From contig JAWPML010000001.1 in assembly GCA_033344915.1 (NCBI GenBank), positions 1,048,369 to 1,112,368 on the forward strand: a stretch of DNA of 64,000 bases. The letters run 5' to 3'. This document shows, piece by piece, positions 1-9,295 of the stretch; the stretch's first letter is position 1, and each line of letters starts with the position of its first letter. The stretch is from Acidimicrobiales bacterium. GTDB taxonomy: Bacteria; Actinomycetota; Acidimicrobiia; Acidimicrobiales; Aldehydirespiratoraceae. A program made the translations under genes and the position numbers. The notes below the pieces were generated by a model. The model searched no databases. It saw only the letters and a list, made by a program, of their open reading frames with translations, and was not told where the DNA came from.

Positions 1-650
1 ACCGTCGCGTGCATGCGGGCCCCGCCCATCTCCTCGAGGGTCACGTGCTCGTTGATGACCTCCTCGGCCATGCGGGGGGAGCCGAGGTACATCGACGCAT
101 TGCCCTCGACCATGAAGACGATGTCGCAGAACGACGGGATGTAGGCCCCGCCGGCGGCCGACGGGCCGAAGAGGCAGCAGATCTGGGGGACCCGGCCCGA
201 CAGCGCCACCTGATTGTGGAAGATGCGGCCGGCCCCGCGGCGGCCGGGGAACATCTGGACCTGGTCGGTCAGCCGGGCGCCCGCAGAATCCACGAGCCAG
301 AACAGCGGCAGGTCCGTGGACAGGGCTTTCTCCGTGATGCGCACCATCTTCTCGACGGTGCGGGCGCCCCACGAGCCGGCCTTGACGGTCGGGTCGTTCG
401 CCATGACGAGCGCGGGGCGACCGTCGACGAGGCCCTGGCCGGTGACGACCCCGTCAGCCGGTAGGCCGGTGGCCTGGGCGTTCGCCAACGCGCCGTCCTC
501 GACGAAGGTGCCGGGATCGAACAGCAGGTCGAGTCGGGCGCGGACGGGCAGCTTCGCGTCGCGGTCGAGCCGCGCCGCGGCCTTGTCGGTGACCTCCCGG
601 GTCGCCGAGCGGGCGGCATCGAGGCGGTCGCGAAACGAGTTGTCAGGCAC
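1..650 (-). CDS. acyl-CoA carboxylase carboxyltransferase (beta) subunit, 5' part only (gene runs off the left edge)
   Basis: Not in the ORF track because it is edge-truncated. My own minus-strand translation from GTG (650-648) reads VPDNSFRDRLDAARSATREVTDKAAARLDRDAKLPVRARLDLLFDPGTFVEDGALA...VVTGQGLVDGRPALVMANDPTVKAGSWGARTVEKMVRITEKA...LFWLVDSAGARL...CCLFGPSAAGGAYIPSFCDIVFMVEGNASMYLGSPRMAEEVINEHVTLEEMGGARMH. This is the PccB/AccD/MccB carboxyltransferase pattern. It lies 42 nt downstream of the biotin carboxylase gene on the same strand. Confidence 0.85.
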   Translation of the reverse strand, partial: MPDNSFRDRLDAARSATREVTDKAAARLDRDAKLPVRARLDLLFDPGTFVEDGALANAQATGLPADGVVTGQGLVDGRPALVMANDPTVKAGSWGARTVEKMVRITEKALSTDLPLFWLVDSAGARLTDQVQMFPGRRGAGRIFHNQVALSGRVPQICCLFGPSAAGGAYIPSFCDIVFMVEGNASMYLGSPRMAEEVINEHVTLEEMGGARMHAT

Positions 651-692
651 GACGCAAGTGTGGCGCACCCGGTGCGGCCGTGGCGACGATTC

Positions 693-2444
693 CTACTCGA
701 TCACGGCGACGACGTCGCCGCCGCCGACCGAGTCGCCCTCGCTCACGCGGATCTCGGAGACGGTGCCGGCCTTCTCGGCGTTGACGTTGTTCTCCATCTT
801 CATCGCCTCGAGCACGACGATCGGATCGCCGACCTCGACCTCGTCGCCCACGGCCACGACGACCTTGACGATGGTTCCCTGCATCGGGACGGCGACGTCG
901 CCCGAACCGGCACCACCGCCACCGGAGCCACCACCCGAGCGCCTCGGACGGGCGGGGCCACCGCCGCCCGCGGCCGGCGCGGACTCGGGGACCCACATGG
1001 AGACGGAGAAGCGCTTGCCGTTGACCTCCACGTCGAGGTCGCGCTTGACCTTCGGCGTGTCGTCCTCGTCCGCGGACCCGGTGGGCGCCGCGCCCACGCC
1101 GGTGAGGTCGAGTGTCTCCTCGACCCACTTCGTGCTGTGTTCATTGGCCGCGAAGTCGGGATGCTCGAGGATCGCGATGTCGGCCGGAATCGTGGTCGCC
1201 ACGCCTTCGACCTCGAGTTCGCCGAGCGCGCGCAGCGCCCGGGCGATCGCGGTCGGGCGGTCCTTGCCCCACACGATGAGCTTGCCGACGAGATTGTCGT
1301 AGTACTGGCTGATCTCGTCGCCGGATTCGTAGCCGGTGTCGAACCGGGTGCCGAAGCCGTCCGGCGTCCGGAGCGAGGTGATGGGGCCGGGCGAGGGCAG
1401 GAACGCGCCGCCGGCGGGATCCTCGGCGTTGATCCGCACCTCGATCGCGTGGCCCCGGATCTCGATGTCGTCCTGGGTGAACGGCAGGGCTTCGCCGGAT
1501 GCGATCCGGAGCTGCTGCTCGACGAGGTCGACGCCGGTGATGAGTTCGGAGGCCGGGTGCTCGACCTGGAGCCGGGTGTTCATCTCGAGATAGTGGAAGC
1601 CGCCGTCCTCGTAGAGGAACTCGACGGTGCCGGCGTTGACGTAGTCGCAGCCCTGGGCGACGGCGACCGCGGCCGCGCCCATCTGTTCGATGATGTCGTC
1701 GGGGATGCCGGCCGCCGGCGCCTCTTCGATGAGCTTCTGGTGCCGGCGCTGGGCCGAGCAGTCGCGGGTGCCGAGGTAGACGCAGTTGCCGTGGCTGTCG
1801 GCGAGGATCTGCACCTCCACGTGGCGCGGCTTGGTGAGATAGCGCTCCATGTAGCACTCGTCGCGGCCGAAGTAGGAGAGCGCCTCGCGCTGGGCCGACG
1901 CGAGCTGGTCGGCCGCCTCGTCGGCGTTCTTCACGACCTTCATGCCCCGTCCGCCACCGCCGTAGGCGGCCTTGATGGCGATGGGCCAGCCGTGTTCGTC
2001 GCCGAACGCGACGATCTGGGATGCGTCCGTCAGCAGGTCCGTGGTGCCGGGCACGCCCTGCACGCCGACCTTCTCCGCCGCCTCGCGGGCCGAGATCTTG
2101 TCGCCCATGACTTCGATGGCTTCGGGGCGCGGGCCGATGAACGCCACGCCGCGATCGGTGATCGCGCGGGCGAAGTCGGCGTTCTCGGAGAAGAACCCGT
2201 AGCCCGGGTGGACGGCGTCGGCCCCGCTCTTCTCGATGGCGTCCAGAATCGCTTCGGTGTCGAGGTACGACTCCGCCGCGGTCTGCCCGCCGAGGGCGTA
2301 GGCCTCGTCGGCGAGGCGCACGTGGAGCGCGTCTCGATCGAGGTCGGAGTAGACGGCGACCGTCGCAACGCCGAGTTCGCGGCAAGCACGAATGACGCGG
2401 ACGGCGATTTCGCCGCGGTTGGCGATCAGGACCTTGGTGAACAC
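693..2444 (-). CDS. accA: acetyl/propionyl-CoA carboxylase alpha subunit (biotin carboxylase + BCCP domain)
   Basis: The 583-aa ORF begins MFTKVLIANRGEIAVRVIRACRELG (biotin carboxylase N-terminus). It has an ATP-grasp core, a C-terminal biotinyl domain with EAMKMEN, and a Gly-rich linker (GGGGPARPRRSGGGSGGGGAGSG). Confidence 0.95.
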   Translation of the reverse strand: MFTKVLIANRGEIAVRVIRACRELGVATVAVYSDLDRDALHVRLADEAYALGGQTAAESYLDTEAILDAIEKSGADAVHPGYGFFSENADFARAITDRGVAFIGPRPEAIEVMGDKISAREAAEKVGVQGVPGTTDLLTDASQIVAFGDEHGWPIAIKAAYGGGGRGMKVVKNADEAADQLASAQREALSYFGRDECYMERYLTKPRHVEVQILADSHGNCVYLGTRDCSAQRRHQKLIEEAPAAGIPDDIIEQMGAAAVAVAQGCDYVNAGTVEFLYEDGGFHYLEMNTRLQVEHPASELITGVDLVEQQLRIASGEALPFTQDDIEIRGHAIEVRINAEDPAGGAFLPSPGPITSLRTPDGFGTRFDTGYESGDEISQYYDNLVGKLIVWGKDRPTAIARALRALGELEVEGVATTIPADIAILEHPDFAANEHSTKWVEETLDLTGVGAAPTGSADEDDTPKVKRDLDVEVNGKRFSVSMWVPESAPAAGGGGPARPRRSGGGSGGGGAGSGDVAVPMQGTIVKVVVAVGDEVEVGDPIVVLEAMKMENNVNAEKAGTVSEIRVSEGDSVGGGDVVAVIE

Positions 2445-2450
2445 GTGCTA

Positions 2451-3245
2451 ATGGTTAGTCGAATGGACCCGACCCGTGCGACATGTGCTGACCGGTTTCT
2501 CCCGGAGAGCGCGGCCGTCGCGGCGGCGCTGGGGCCGGGTCCGCTGGGTCATGTCGAGGTGACGGGTTCGACCAACGCCGACCTCGCGGCGGAGGCCCGG
2601 GCCGGCGACGGGGGTGGGGCGGTGCTCGTGGCCGATCATCAGACCGCCGGTCGGGGTCGCCTCGACCGCACCTGGGTCGACGAACCGGGTTCGGCTCTGC
2701 TGGTCAGCCTCCGGGTGCCGACGACACCGGCGGCTGCTGCCGCGGTGGTCGCGGCCGTGGGAGCGGCCGCCCGCGCCGCGGCGGACGGACACTGCCCTGA
2801 CGCGGTGCGGGCGAAGTGGCCCAACGACCTGGTCGTCGAGGACGGCGCCGCTCCCGGCAAGCTCGCCGGGGTCCTGGCGGAGTTCGTGGACGGTGACCGC
2901 CCCTGTGTGATCGTCGGCGTCGGGATCAACGTCGGCCCCGCCGCGCGTCCGCCCGGCGCGACGTCGATCGCCGCCTGCGGGGGCGCGGTCACCCGCGACG
3001 CCCTGCTCGCCGACCTCCTGCGGGAGCTGCCCGCGCGCCTGGCCGACCCGATGGCCGTCGCCGCCGAGATGCGGAGCAATTCGGCCACCCTCGGTTCCCG
3101 GGTCCGGGTGGAGCTCCCGGACGGCGCGGACCTGGTCGGGTCAGCGACGGACATCACCGCGGAGGGACATCTCGTGGTGCTCGGCGACGACGGCGCGTCC
3201 CACACCGTCGCCACGGGCGACGTCATCCATCTCCGACCGGCATAG
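2451..3245 (+). CDS. birA: biotin--[acetyl-CoA-carboxylase] ligase, class I (no N-terminal HTH)
   Basis: This is the tail of track ORF 660..3245: MVSRMDPTRATCADRF...VEVTGSTNADLAAEARAG...VLVADHQTAGRGRLDRTWV..KWPNDLVV..KLAGVLAE. These are BPL signatures (GSTN, GRGRxxRxW, KWPND). The start may be 2451 or the in-frame ATG at 2463. Confidence 0.85.
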   Translation: MVSRMDPTRATCADRFLPESAAVAAALGPGPLGHVEVTGSTNADLAAEARAGDGGGAVLVADHQTAGRGRLDRTWVDEPGSALLVSLRVPTTPAAAAAVVAAVGAAARAAADGHCPDAVRAKWPNDLVVEDGAAPGKLAGVLAEFVDGDRPCVIVGVGINVGPAARPPGATSIAACGGAVTRDALLADLLRELPARLADPMAVAAEMRSNSATLGSRVRVELPDGADLVGSATDITAEGHLVVLGDDGASHTVATGDVIHLRPA

Positions 3246-3301
3246 CGCCGACCCGGCACAGCGAAGTCCGCTTCCCGTCCCGCTCCACTACATTCGGCCC
3301 G

Positions 3302-4852
3302 ATGTCCGGAACCGGCACGGTGGTCCTTCGACGGACCTGGCCTCAGCGCATCGTCATCCTCGCCACGCTGGGTGTGATCGGTAGCGCCCTTGCCGCGGCC
3401 TGGTTCATCGACGACGTGTACCAATCCGTGTCCGAGATCGGGCGGGTGGAGATCTCCGGTGAGATCCTCCTCACCGACACGGATCCGGGCGAGCCGGTGA
3501 ACTTCCTGCTGATCGGCACCGACAGCGCCCTCGGTCTCGACCCGGACGATCCGGTCCTGCAGTTCCGCGAGTTCGACGAGCAGGGTCGCTTCTTCGCGGA
3601 CAGCATCACGATCCTGCGGGTCAACCCCGAGACCGGGCAGGCGTGGGTCGTCTCGCTTCCCCGTGACCTGCTCGTCGAACACAACGGTCAGCGCAAGATC
3701 AACTCGGTGTACCTCGTGGAGGGTCCGCCCGGGCTGGTCGAGGCGGTCTCGGACAATTTCGAGATCCCGATCAACCATTTCGTCTCGCTCGACTTCCTCG
3801 GGTTCCGCGAGGTGGTCGACCAACTCGACGGCATCCCGGTGTGGTTCGACAATCCCGCCCGGGACTGGAAGCCGGAGGGCGTCCCCGGTAGTGGGTTGAA
3901 CATCCCCACGGCCGGCTGTCACATGCTCGACGGCGTGCAGGCGCTCCAGTACGTGCGCTCGCGCTGGTATCAGGAGCTGATCGACGGGGAGTGGACCTAT
4001 CTCGGCAACGCCGACTTCGGGCGCATCGAGCGCCAGCAGGACTTCCTCGTGCTCGCCCTCGACCGGGCGATCGATCGCGGGGCGCGCGACCCGACGTCGC
4101 TCTCGGCGATGATCGAGGCGGGAGCGAACAGCATCGTTCTCGACGGCGAGTTGACGGTCGCCGAACTGATCGACCTGGGTGAGGCGTTCAGCGACTTCAA
4201 CGCCGAGAACCTCGAACGCCTGACCGTCGACGTGGCGACGATCTTCAACGGTGACGTGTACGAGGGCGAGGTGCTCACCGGCGCTCGCAACGACGAGGTG
4301 TTCGCGATCTTCCGCGGCGCATCGGACCTCGTCCGGCCCCTCGATGTGATCTTCGATCTCTACGCGGCGACGCCCGAGCAGGCGCTCCAGCTGCAGGTCG
4401 AGCTCGAGGCGCAGGACTTCGCGATCGACGATCTGTTCGAACTGGATCCGTCCGAGGACGGGAACATCGTCGTGCACCCGCCCGGCCTGCGGGCCCACGC
4501 CGAGACGATCGCCCAGTACCTGCTGCCGATACCCCGGTTGGTCGAGGACCCGGATGCGACCGAGATCTCGGTGGTCATCGGCGCGCAGCACGAGCAGATC
4601 CTGTTTCTGTTCCCCCACCCGGCCGTGAAGGTGCAGTCCACCGTCGCGGCGCTGGGCGACGGCCCGATCCCGGACCTCGAGGCGGCATCGGCCGTCGCCG
4701 ACACGACCTCCACGACCAGTGCGTCGACGACCTCCACGACGTCGACCACGACCACGACGAGCACGACGTCGACCACCACCACCACGACGCCGACGACCAC
4801 GACGAGAGCCGGCGTGATCGGTCAGGCCCCCGAGGGCGAGTCCTGCGGCTGA
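3302..4852 (+). CDS. LytR-CpsA-Psr (LCP) family cell-envelope glycopolymer ligase with a Thr/Ser-rich C-terminal tail
   Basis: It has an N-terminal TM span (IVILATLGVIGSALAAAWF) and the LCP core NFLLIGTDS...ADSITILRVNP...VVSLPRDL...INSVY...INHFVSLDFLGFREVVDQLDGIPV. A LytR_C-like region follows, and residues encoded by 4703-4804 form a 34-aa T/S run. Confidence 0.9.
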   Translation: MSGTGTVVLRRTWPQRIVILATLGVIGSALAAAWFIDDVYQSVSEIGRVEISGEILLTDTDPGEPVNFLLIGTDSALGLDPDDPVLQFREFDEQGRFFADSITILRVNPETGQAWVVSLPRDLLVEHNGQRKINSVYLVEGPPGLVEAVSDNFEIPINHFVSLDFLGFREVVDQLDGIPVWFDNPARDWKPEGVPGSGLNIPTAGCHMLDGVQALQYVRSRWYQELIDGEWTYLGNADFGRIERQQDFLVLALDRAIDRGARDPTSLSAMIEAGANSIVLDGELTVAELIDLGEAFSDFNAENLERLTVDVATIFNGDVYEGEVLTGARNDEVFAIFRGASDLVRPLDVIFDLYAATPEQALQLQVELEAQDFAIDDLFELDPSEDGNIVVHPPGLRAHAETIAQYLLPIPRLVEDPDATEISVVIGAQHEQILFLFPHPAVKVQSTVAALGDGPIPDLEAASAVADTTSTTSASTTSTTSTTTTTSTTSTTTTTTPTTTTRAGVIGQAPEGESCG

Positions 4853-4943
4853 ACCCGCTACGCGCCGGGCTTCGCGGCCGCCTCGTACACTCATTCTGCG
4901 CCCGACGCGGCCGATTCGAGGTGCGTACTCGAAGGAGTGGTCA

Positions 4944-6215
4944 ATGACGAGCAAAATCGCGGTGATCGGCACCGGCTACGTGGGTCTCACGACCGGGGCG
5001 TGTTTCGCCCATCTCGGACACGAGGTGATCTGTGCGGACATCGTGCCCGAGAAGGTCGAGATGCTGCGCGAGGGCGAGGTGCCCATCCACGAGGCGGGGC
5101 TGCCCGAGCTCGTGCGCGACGGGATCGACTCGGGTCGGCTGTCCTTCGTCCTCGGCGCCGAGCACGCCGTCGGCGACGCCGATTTCGTGTACCTGTGCGT
5201 GCCGACGCCCCAGTCCGCCGACGGGTCGGCGGATCTGTCCTATCTCCAGTCGGCCGCCGCCGAGATCAGCCCCCACCTCCAGGTGGGCACGGTCGTCGTG
5301 AACAAGTCCACCGTGCCGGTCGGCTCCACCCGTCTCGTCGAGCAGGCGATGCAACGCTCCGACATCCCGGTCGTCTCCAACCCCGAGTTCCTCCGTGAGG
5401 GCACGGCGGTGGACGACTTCCTCAACCCCGACCGCGTCGTCATCGGGGCCGACGACCAGGCCGCCGCCGGCCGCGTCGCCTCGCTCTACCTGGGCGTACG
5501 GGCGCCCGTGATGGTCACCGACCCCGCATCGGCGGAGACCTGCAAGTACGCCGCCAACGCCTTCCTCGCCACGAAGCTCTCGTTCACCAACGCCATCGCG
5601 GCGGTGTGTGAGGCCGTCGGCGCGGACGTCAACGACGTGCTCCTCGGCATGGGCTACGACCACCGGATCGGTCACGAGTTCCTGCGACCCGGGCCCGGCT
5701 GGGGCGGGTCGTGCTTCCCGAAGGACTCGCGGGCGATCATCTCGATCGCCGAGGATGCCGGCTACGACTTCGCCCTCATGCGCGGTGTGGTCACCGTCAA
5801 CGAGGAGCAGTTCGAGCGGATCGTCCGCAAGGTGGGTTCGGTCACGCAGCTCGACGGCGCGACGGTCGCGATGCTCGGTCTGGCGTTCAAGGCCGGCACC
5901 GACGACATCCGCGAATCACCCGCCCTCGCGGTTGCCCGCCGGCTGATCGCCGCCGGCGCCACGGTTCGGGGCTACGACCCCGCGGTGAAGTCCGTGGACA
6001 TCGACGGTCTCGACGTCGTCGACGATGCCTACGCCGCGTGTGAGGGCGCCAACGCGCTCGTCGTCGCCACCGAGTGGGACGACTTCAAGTGGCTCGACCT
6101 CGACAAGATCGCCGATTCGATGGCGGAGAAGCACGTGATCGATGCCCGCAACCTGCTCGACCGCGGTGCGGTCCGGCGGCGCGGCTTCACCTACCAGGGC
6201 GTCGGGCGCAACTGA
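4944..6215 (+). CDS. ugd: UDP-glucose 6-dehydrogenase
   Basis: [28 protein letters not shown] (Rossmann fold), the catalytic region [10 protein letters not shown], and the C-terminal UDP-binding domain. A GAAGGAG Shine-Dalgarno sequence lies 6 nt upstream. Confidence 0.93.
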   Translation: MTSKIAVIGTGYVGLTTGACFAHLGHEVICADIVPEKVEMLREGEVPIHEAGLPELVRDGIDSGRLSFVLGAEHAVGDADFVYLCVPTPQSADGSADLSYLQSAAAEISPHLQVGTVVVNKSTVPVGSTRLVEQAMQRSDIPVVSNPEFLREGTAVDDFLNPDRVVIGADDQAAAGRVASLYLGVRAPVMVTDPASAETCKYAANAFLATKLSFTNAIAAVCEAVGADVNDVLLGMGYDHRIGHEFLRPGPGWGGSCFPKDSRAIISIAEDAGYDFALMRGVVTVNEEQFERIVRKVGSVTQLDGATVAMLGLAFKAGTDDIRESPALAVARRLIAAGATVRGYDPAVKSVDIDGLDVVDDAYAACEGANALVVATEWDDFKWLDLDKIADSMAEKHVIDARNLLDRGAVRRRGFTYQGVGRN

Positions 6216-7156
6216 TGGCCCGAGTGGTCGTCACGGGTGGCGCCGGTTTCCTCGGTTCCCATCTGTGTGATCGCCTGCTCGACCGGGGTGACGAGGTCGT
6301 CTGCATCGACAACCTCGTCACCGGCGACCTCGCCAACGTCGCCCACCTTCGGGACAACGAGCGGTTCGGCTTCCGCGAGCACGACGTGTCCAACTACATC
6401 GACGTGGAAGGGCATGTGGACGCGGTCCTGCACTTCGCGAGCCCGGCCTCGCCGATCGATTATCTCGAGATGCCGATCCAGACCCTGAAGGTCGGCTCGC
6501 TCGGCACCCACAACACGCTCGGGCTCGCCAAGGCGAAGGGGGCGACCTTCTTCCTCGCCTCGACGTCGGAGGTCTACGGCGACCCGCATCAACATCCACA
6601 ACAGGAGACGTACTGGGGCAACGTGAACCCGGTCGGCCCCCGCGGCGTGTACGACGAGGCGAAGCGGTTCGCCGAGGCGATGACGATGGCGTACCACCGC
6701 TACCACGGCCTCGACACGCGGATCGTGCGCATCTTCAACACCTACGGTCCGCGGATGCGTCCCAACGACGGCCGGGTGGTCTCGAACTTCATCGTCCAGG
6801 CCCTGCGGGGCGACGACCTCACCGTCTACGGCGACGGCAGCCAGTCCCGCAGCTTCTGCTATGTCGACGACGAGGTCCGTGGCCTGCTGGCCCTGTTGGA
6901 CAGCGACGAGCACGACCCGGTCAACATCGGCAATCCCCACGAGTTCACCGTCGCCGAGCTCGCCGCCACCGTGGTCGACATCGTGGATTCGCCGTCAGCC
7001 ATCGTGCACCGGCCGCTCCCGGTCGACGACCCCACGCAGCGGTGCCCCGACATCACGCGGGCCCGCGAGCTCCTCGGGTGGACGCCCGTGGTGCAGCTCC
7101 GTGAGGGCATCGAGCGCACGGCCGCCCACATCGAGGGCATCCTCGCCGCGTCCTGA
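6215..7156 (+). CDS. uxs: UDP-glucuronate decarboxylase (UDP-xylose synthase type SDR)
   Basis: [32 protein letters not shown]...[57 protein letters not shown]. Its ATG overlaps the ugd stop (TGATG at 6213-6217). The track ORF 6074..7156 carries a spurious 47-codon extension. Confidence 0.9.
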   Translation: MARVVVTGGAGFLGSHLCDRLLDRGDEVVCIDNLVTGDLANVAHLRDNERFGFREHDVSNYIDVEGHVDAVLHFASPASPIDYLEMPIQTLKVGSLGTHNTLGLAKAKGATFFLASTSEVYGDPHQHPQQETYWGNVNPVGPRGVYDEAKRFAEAMTMAYHRYHGLDTRIVRIFNTYGPRMRPNDGRVVSNFIVQALRGDDLTVYGDGSQSRSFCYVDDEVRGLLALLDSDEHDPVNIGNPHEFTVAELAATVVDIVDSPSAIVHRPLPVDDPTQRCPDITRARELLGWTPVVQLREGIERTAAHIEGILAAS

Positions 7157-7174
7157 CCCGCGAACGCGACCGGC

Positions 7175-8137
7175 TCAGTTGCGACGGGCTTCGGCCTCGT
7201 CGCGGTTGGCCTCGAACCAGGCGATCGTGGCGGCCAACCCGTCGCGGAAGTCGGTGGCGGCCTCGAAGCCGAACAGGTCCCGGGCCCGGGTCGGATCGAC
7301 GCAGCGGCGGGGCTGGCCGTCCGGGCGCGTCTCGTCCCAGCGGATGCGGCCCTCGAAGCCGCTGAGCTCGGCGATGATCTCGACCAATTCCTTGATGAGC
7401 ATCTCCCGGTTGGCGCCGAGGTTGACCGGTTCCGCCCCGTCGTAGCGCTCCGCCGCGGTGACGATCCCCTCGGCGGCGTCCTCGACGTAGAGGAACTCGC
7501 GGCTGGCCCCGCCCGTACCCCACACTTCGATCTCCTCGGCACCTTCCTCGCGCGCCATGACGCACTTGCGGATCAGCGCCGGGATCACATGGCTCACGTC
7601 CGGGTGGAACTTGTCGCCCGGGCCGTAGAGGTTCGTGGGCATGAGGTAGATGCCCCGCTGGCCGTACTGCTCACGGTTCGCCTGCAGATGGGTGAGCTGG
7701 GCGAGCTTGGCGACGCCGTAGGGCGCGTTGGTCTCCTCGGGATAGCCCATCCAGAGTGAGGTCTCCTGGAACGGCACCGGCGTGTGTTTCGGGTAGCTGC
7801 AGATCGTGCCGACCACGACCGTCTTGTCGACATCGGCGGCGCGGGACGCCTCGATGACGTTGGTGCCGAGCATGAGGTTCTGGAGGTAGAGCGAACCGGG
7901 GTTCTCCATGTTGGCGCCGATGCCCCCGACTCGCGCGGCGAGATGGATGACACAATCCGGCGCGGCCTCGGCGATCGCAGCGTCGGCCGCGGCGCGGTCG
8001 AGGAGATCGACCTCGCGGCTCGACGGCGCCACCACGTCGGTCACACCCCGGGCGCGCAGCGAGCGTTGGACGGCTTGGCCGAGGAAGCCACCGCCTCCGG
8101 TCAGGAAGATGCGCTGGTTCGGGAAGTCGGCGGCCAT
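7175..8137 (-). CDS. fcl: GDP-L-fucose synthase (GDP-4-keto-6-deoxy-D-mannose 3,5-epimerase/4-reductase)
   Basis: This is the C-terminal 320 aa of track ORF 7175..8947: MAADFPNQRIFLTGGGGFLGQAV...VIHLAARVGGIGANMENPGSLYLQNLMLGTNV...GTICSYPK..PFQE...PEETNAPYGVAKL...NLYGPGDKFHPDVSHVIPALIRK. The upstream 270 codons are Arg/Gly-rich shadow sequence. Confidence 0.9.
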   Translation of the reverse strand: MAADFPNQRIFLTGGGGFLGQAVQRSLRARGVTDVVAPSSREVDLLDRAAADAAIAEAAPDCVIHLAARVGGIGANMENPGSLYLQNLMLGTNVIEASRAADVDKTVVVGTICSYPKHTPVPFQETSLWMGYPEETNAPYGVAKLAQLTHLQANREQYGQRGIYLMPTNLYGPGDKFHPDVSHVIPALIRKCVMAREEGAEEIEVWGTGGASREFLYVEDAAEGIVTAAERYDGAEPVNLGANREMLIKELVEIIAELSGFEGRIRWDETRPDGQPRRCVDPTRARDLFGFEAATDFRDGLAATIAWFEANRDEAEARRN

Positions 8138-8197
8138 GCGATGGAGCGTAGTGCGGGTATTGCCGCAGGACTTTCCGCCCGTGCCAGACTCCGGTCC

Positions 8198-9295
8198 GTG
8201 CCTCGCCGTGTCGCAGCCGTCGTCGAACAGAGTTGGCATCGCGTGCCCGGGGGCACCGCGATCTCGACCGTGCGAACGCTCGACGCGATCGCCCGCCGTC
8301 CGGACTGGGACGTGGTCGGGCTCGCCGCCTGGCATCGCGGTGCTCCGGACGCGGTGGCCGTGCCGACGGTCCCCGTGGTGCACCACCGGCTTCCCCGTCG
8401 TGCCCTCTACGAGGCCTGGCAGCGATGGCGACGGCCCTCCGTGCAGCGGCGGACCGGGCCGGTCGACGTCATCCACGCGACCGGCGGGGTTGTCCCGCCC
8501 GCCGGTGGGGCCGCCCTCGTCGTCACCCTCCACGATCTGGCCTTTCTTCGACGTCCCGAGCACTTCACCGCCCACGGCGTGGCGTTCATGATGCGGGCTT
8601 TCGCGCTCGCGAAAGCGGAGGCCGACCTGATCATCGTCCCCTCCGAATCGACCGCCGCCGAGTGCCGCGACCACGGCATCGACACCAATCGACTGCGGGT
8701 CGTGCCCTGGGGGGTGACGCCTGCGTCGGTCACCCCGATCGATCGGGAACGAGTCGCGGCCCGCCACGGGCTGCCCGAGGACTTCGTGCTGTGGGTCGGC
8801 TCGGCGGAGCCCCGCAAGAACCTGCACGGGCTCGTCGCGGCGGCCCGCGACGCCGACTTGGCGCTGCCGCTCGTGCTGGCCGGTCCGCAGGGGTGGGACG
8901 TCGACATCGGTGCGCTGCTGGCCGAATCGCCGCCCGGCACCCGCCACCTGGGCGTGGTCGATCCCGCCGACCTTCCCGCGCTCATGGAGATGGCCACGGC
9001 GTTCGTGTACCCGAGCTTCCAGGAAGGGTTCGGCATGCCGGTGCTCGAGGCCATGGCGCAGGGGACCGCGGTGATCACCAGCCGGGGGACGGCCACCGAG
9101 GAGGTCGCCGGCGACGCGGCGCTGCTCGTCGAACCCGAGGACCGGGCGGCGCTGGGGGACGCACTCCGCGCGATCTCCGAGGACAGTGAACTGCGCGGCC
9201 GCCTCGGTGGGGAGGGGCGGGCGCGGGCCGCGGCGTTCTCGTGGGACACCACGGCCGCGGTGACCGAGGCGGTCTACGACGAGGCGTCGACATGA
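8198..9295 (+). CDS. glycosyltransferase, GT4 (GT-B) family
   Basis: VPRRVAAVVEQSWHRVPGGTAIST...HATGGVVPP...VVTLHDLAFL...IIVPSESTAAE...FVLWVGSAEPRKN...FVYPSFQEGFGMPVLEAMAQGTAVITS (the E-x7-E region). The start is uncertain: GTG at 8198 or ATG at 8141. It is divergent from fcl. Confidence 0.8.
   Translation: MPRRVAAVVEQSWHRVPGGTAISTVRTLDAIARRPDWDVVGLAAWHRGAPDAVAVPTVPVVHHRLPRRALYEAWQRWRRPSVQRRTGPVDVIHATGGVVPPAGGAALVVTLHDLAFLRRPEHFTAHGVAFMMRAFALAKAEADLIIVPSESTAAECRDHGIDTNRLRVVPWGVTPASVTPIDRERVAARHGLPEDFVLWVGSAEPRKNLHGLVAAARDADLALPLVLAGPQGWDVDIGALLAESPPGTRHLGVVDPADLPALMEMATAFVYPSFQEGFGMPVLEAMAQGTAVITSRGTATEEVAGDAALLVEPEDRAALGDALRAISEDSELRGRLGGEGRARAAAFSWDTTAAVTEAVYDEAST

Noticed and set aside
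660-2450. The first ~597 codons of the 861-aa track ORF 660..3245 (+), overlapping accA on the opposite strand.
   Set aside because: The sequence is Arg/Gly/Asp/Val-rich and low-complexity, with no recognisable domain, and it sits exactly antisense to a clear biotin carboxylase gene. Only the last ~265 codons (birA) look real. It is a typical high-GC shadow ORF.
8141-8197. An alternative ATG start at 8141 for the first GT4 gene, only 3 nt from the divergent fcl start codon.
   Set aside because: The added 19 residues (MERSAGIAAGLSARARLRS) look non-conserved and would remove all promoter space. GT4 N-termini normally begin right at the first beta-strand (RRVAAVVE...). I kept it as a stated uncertainty rather than a call.
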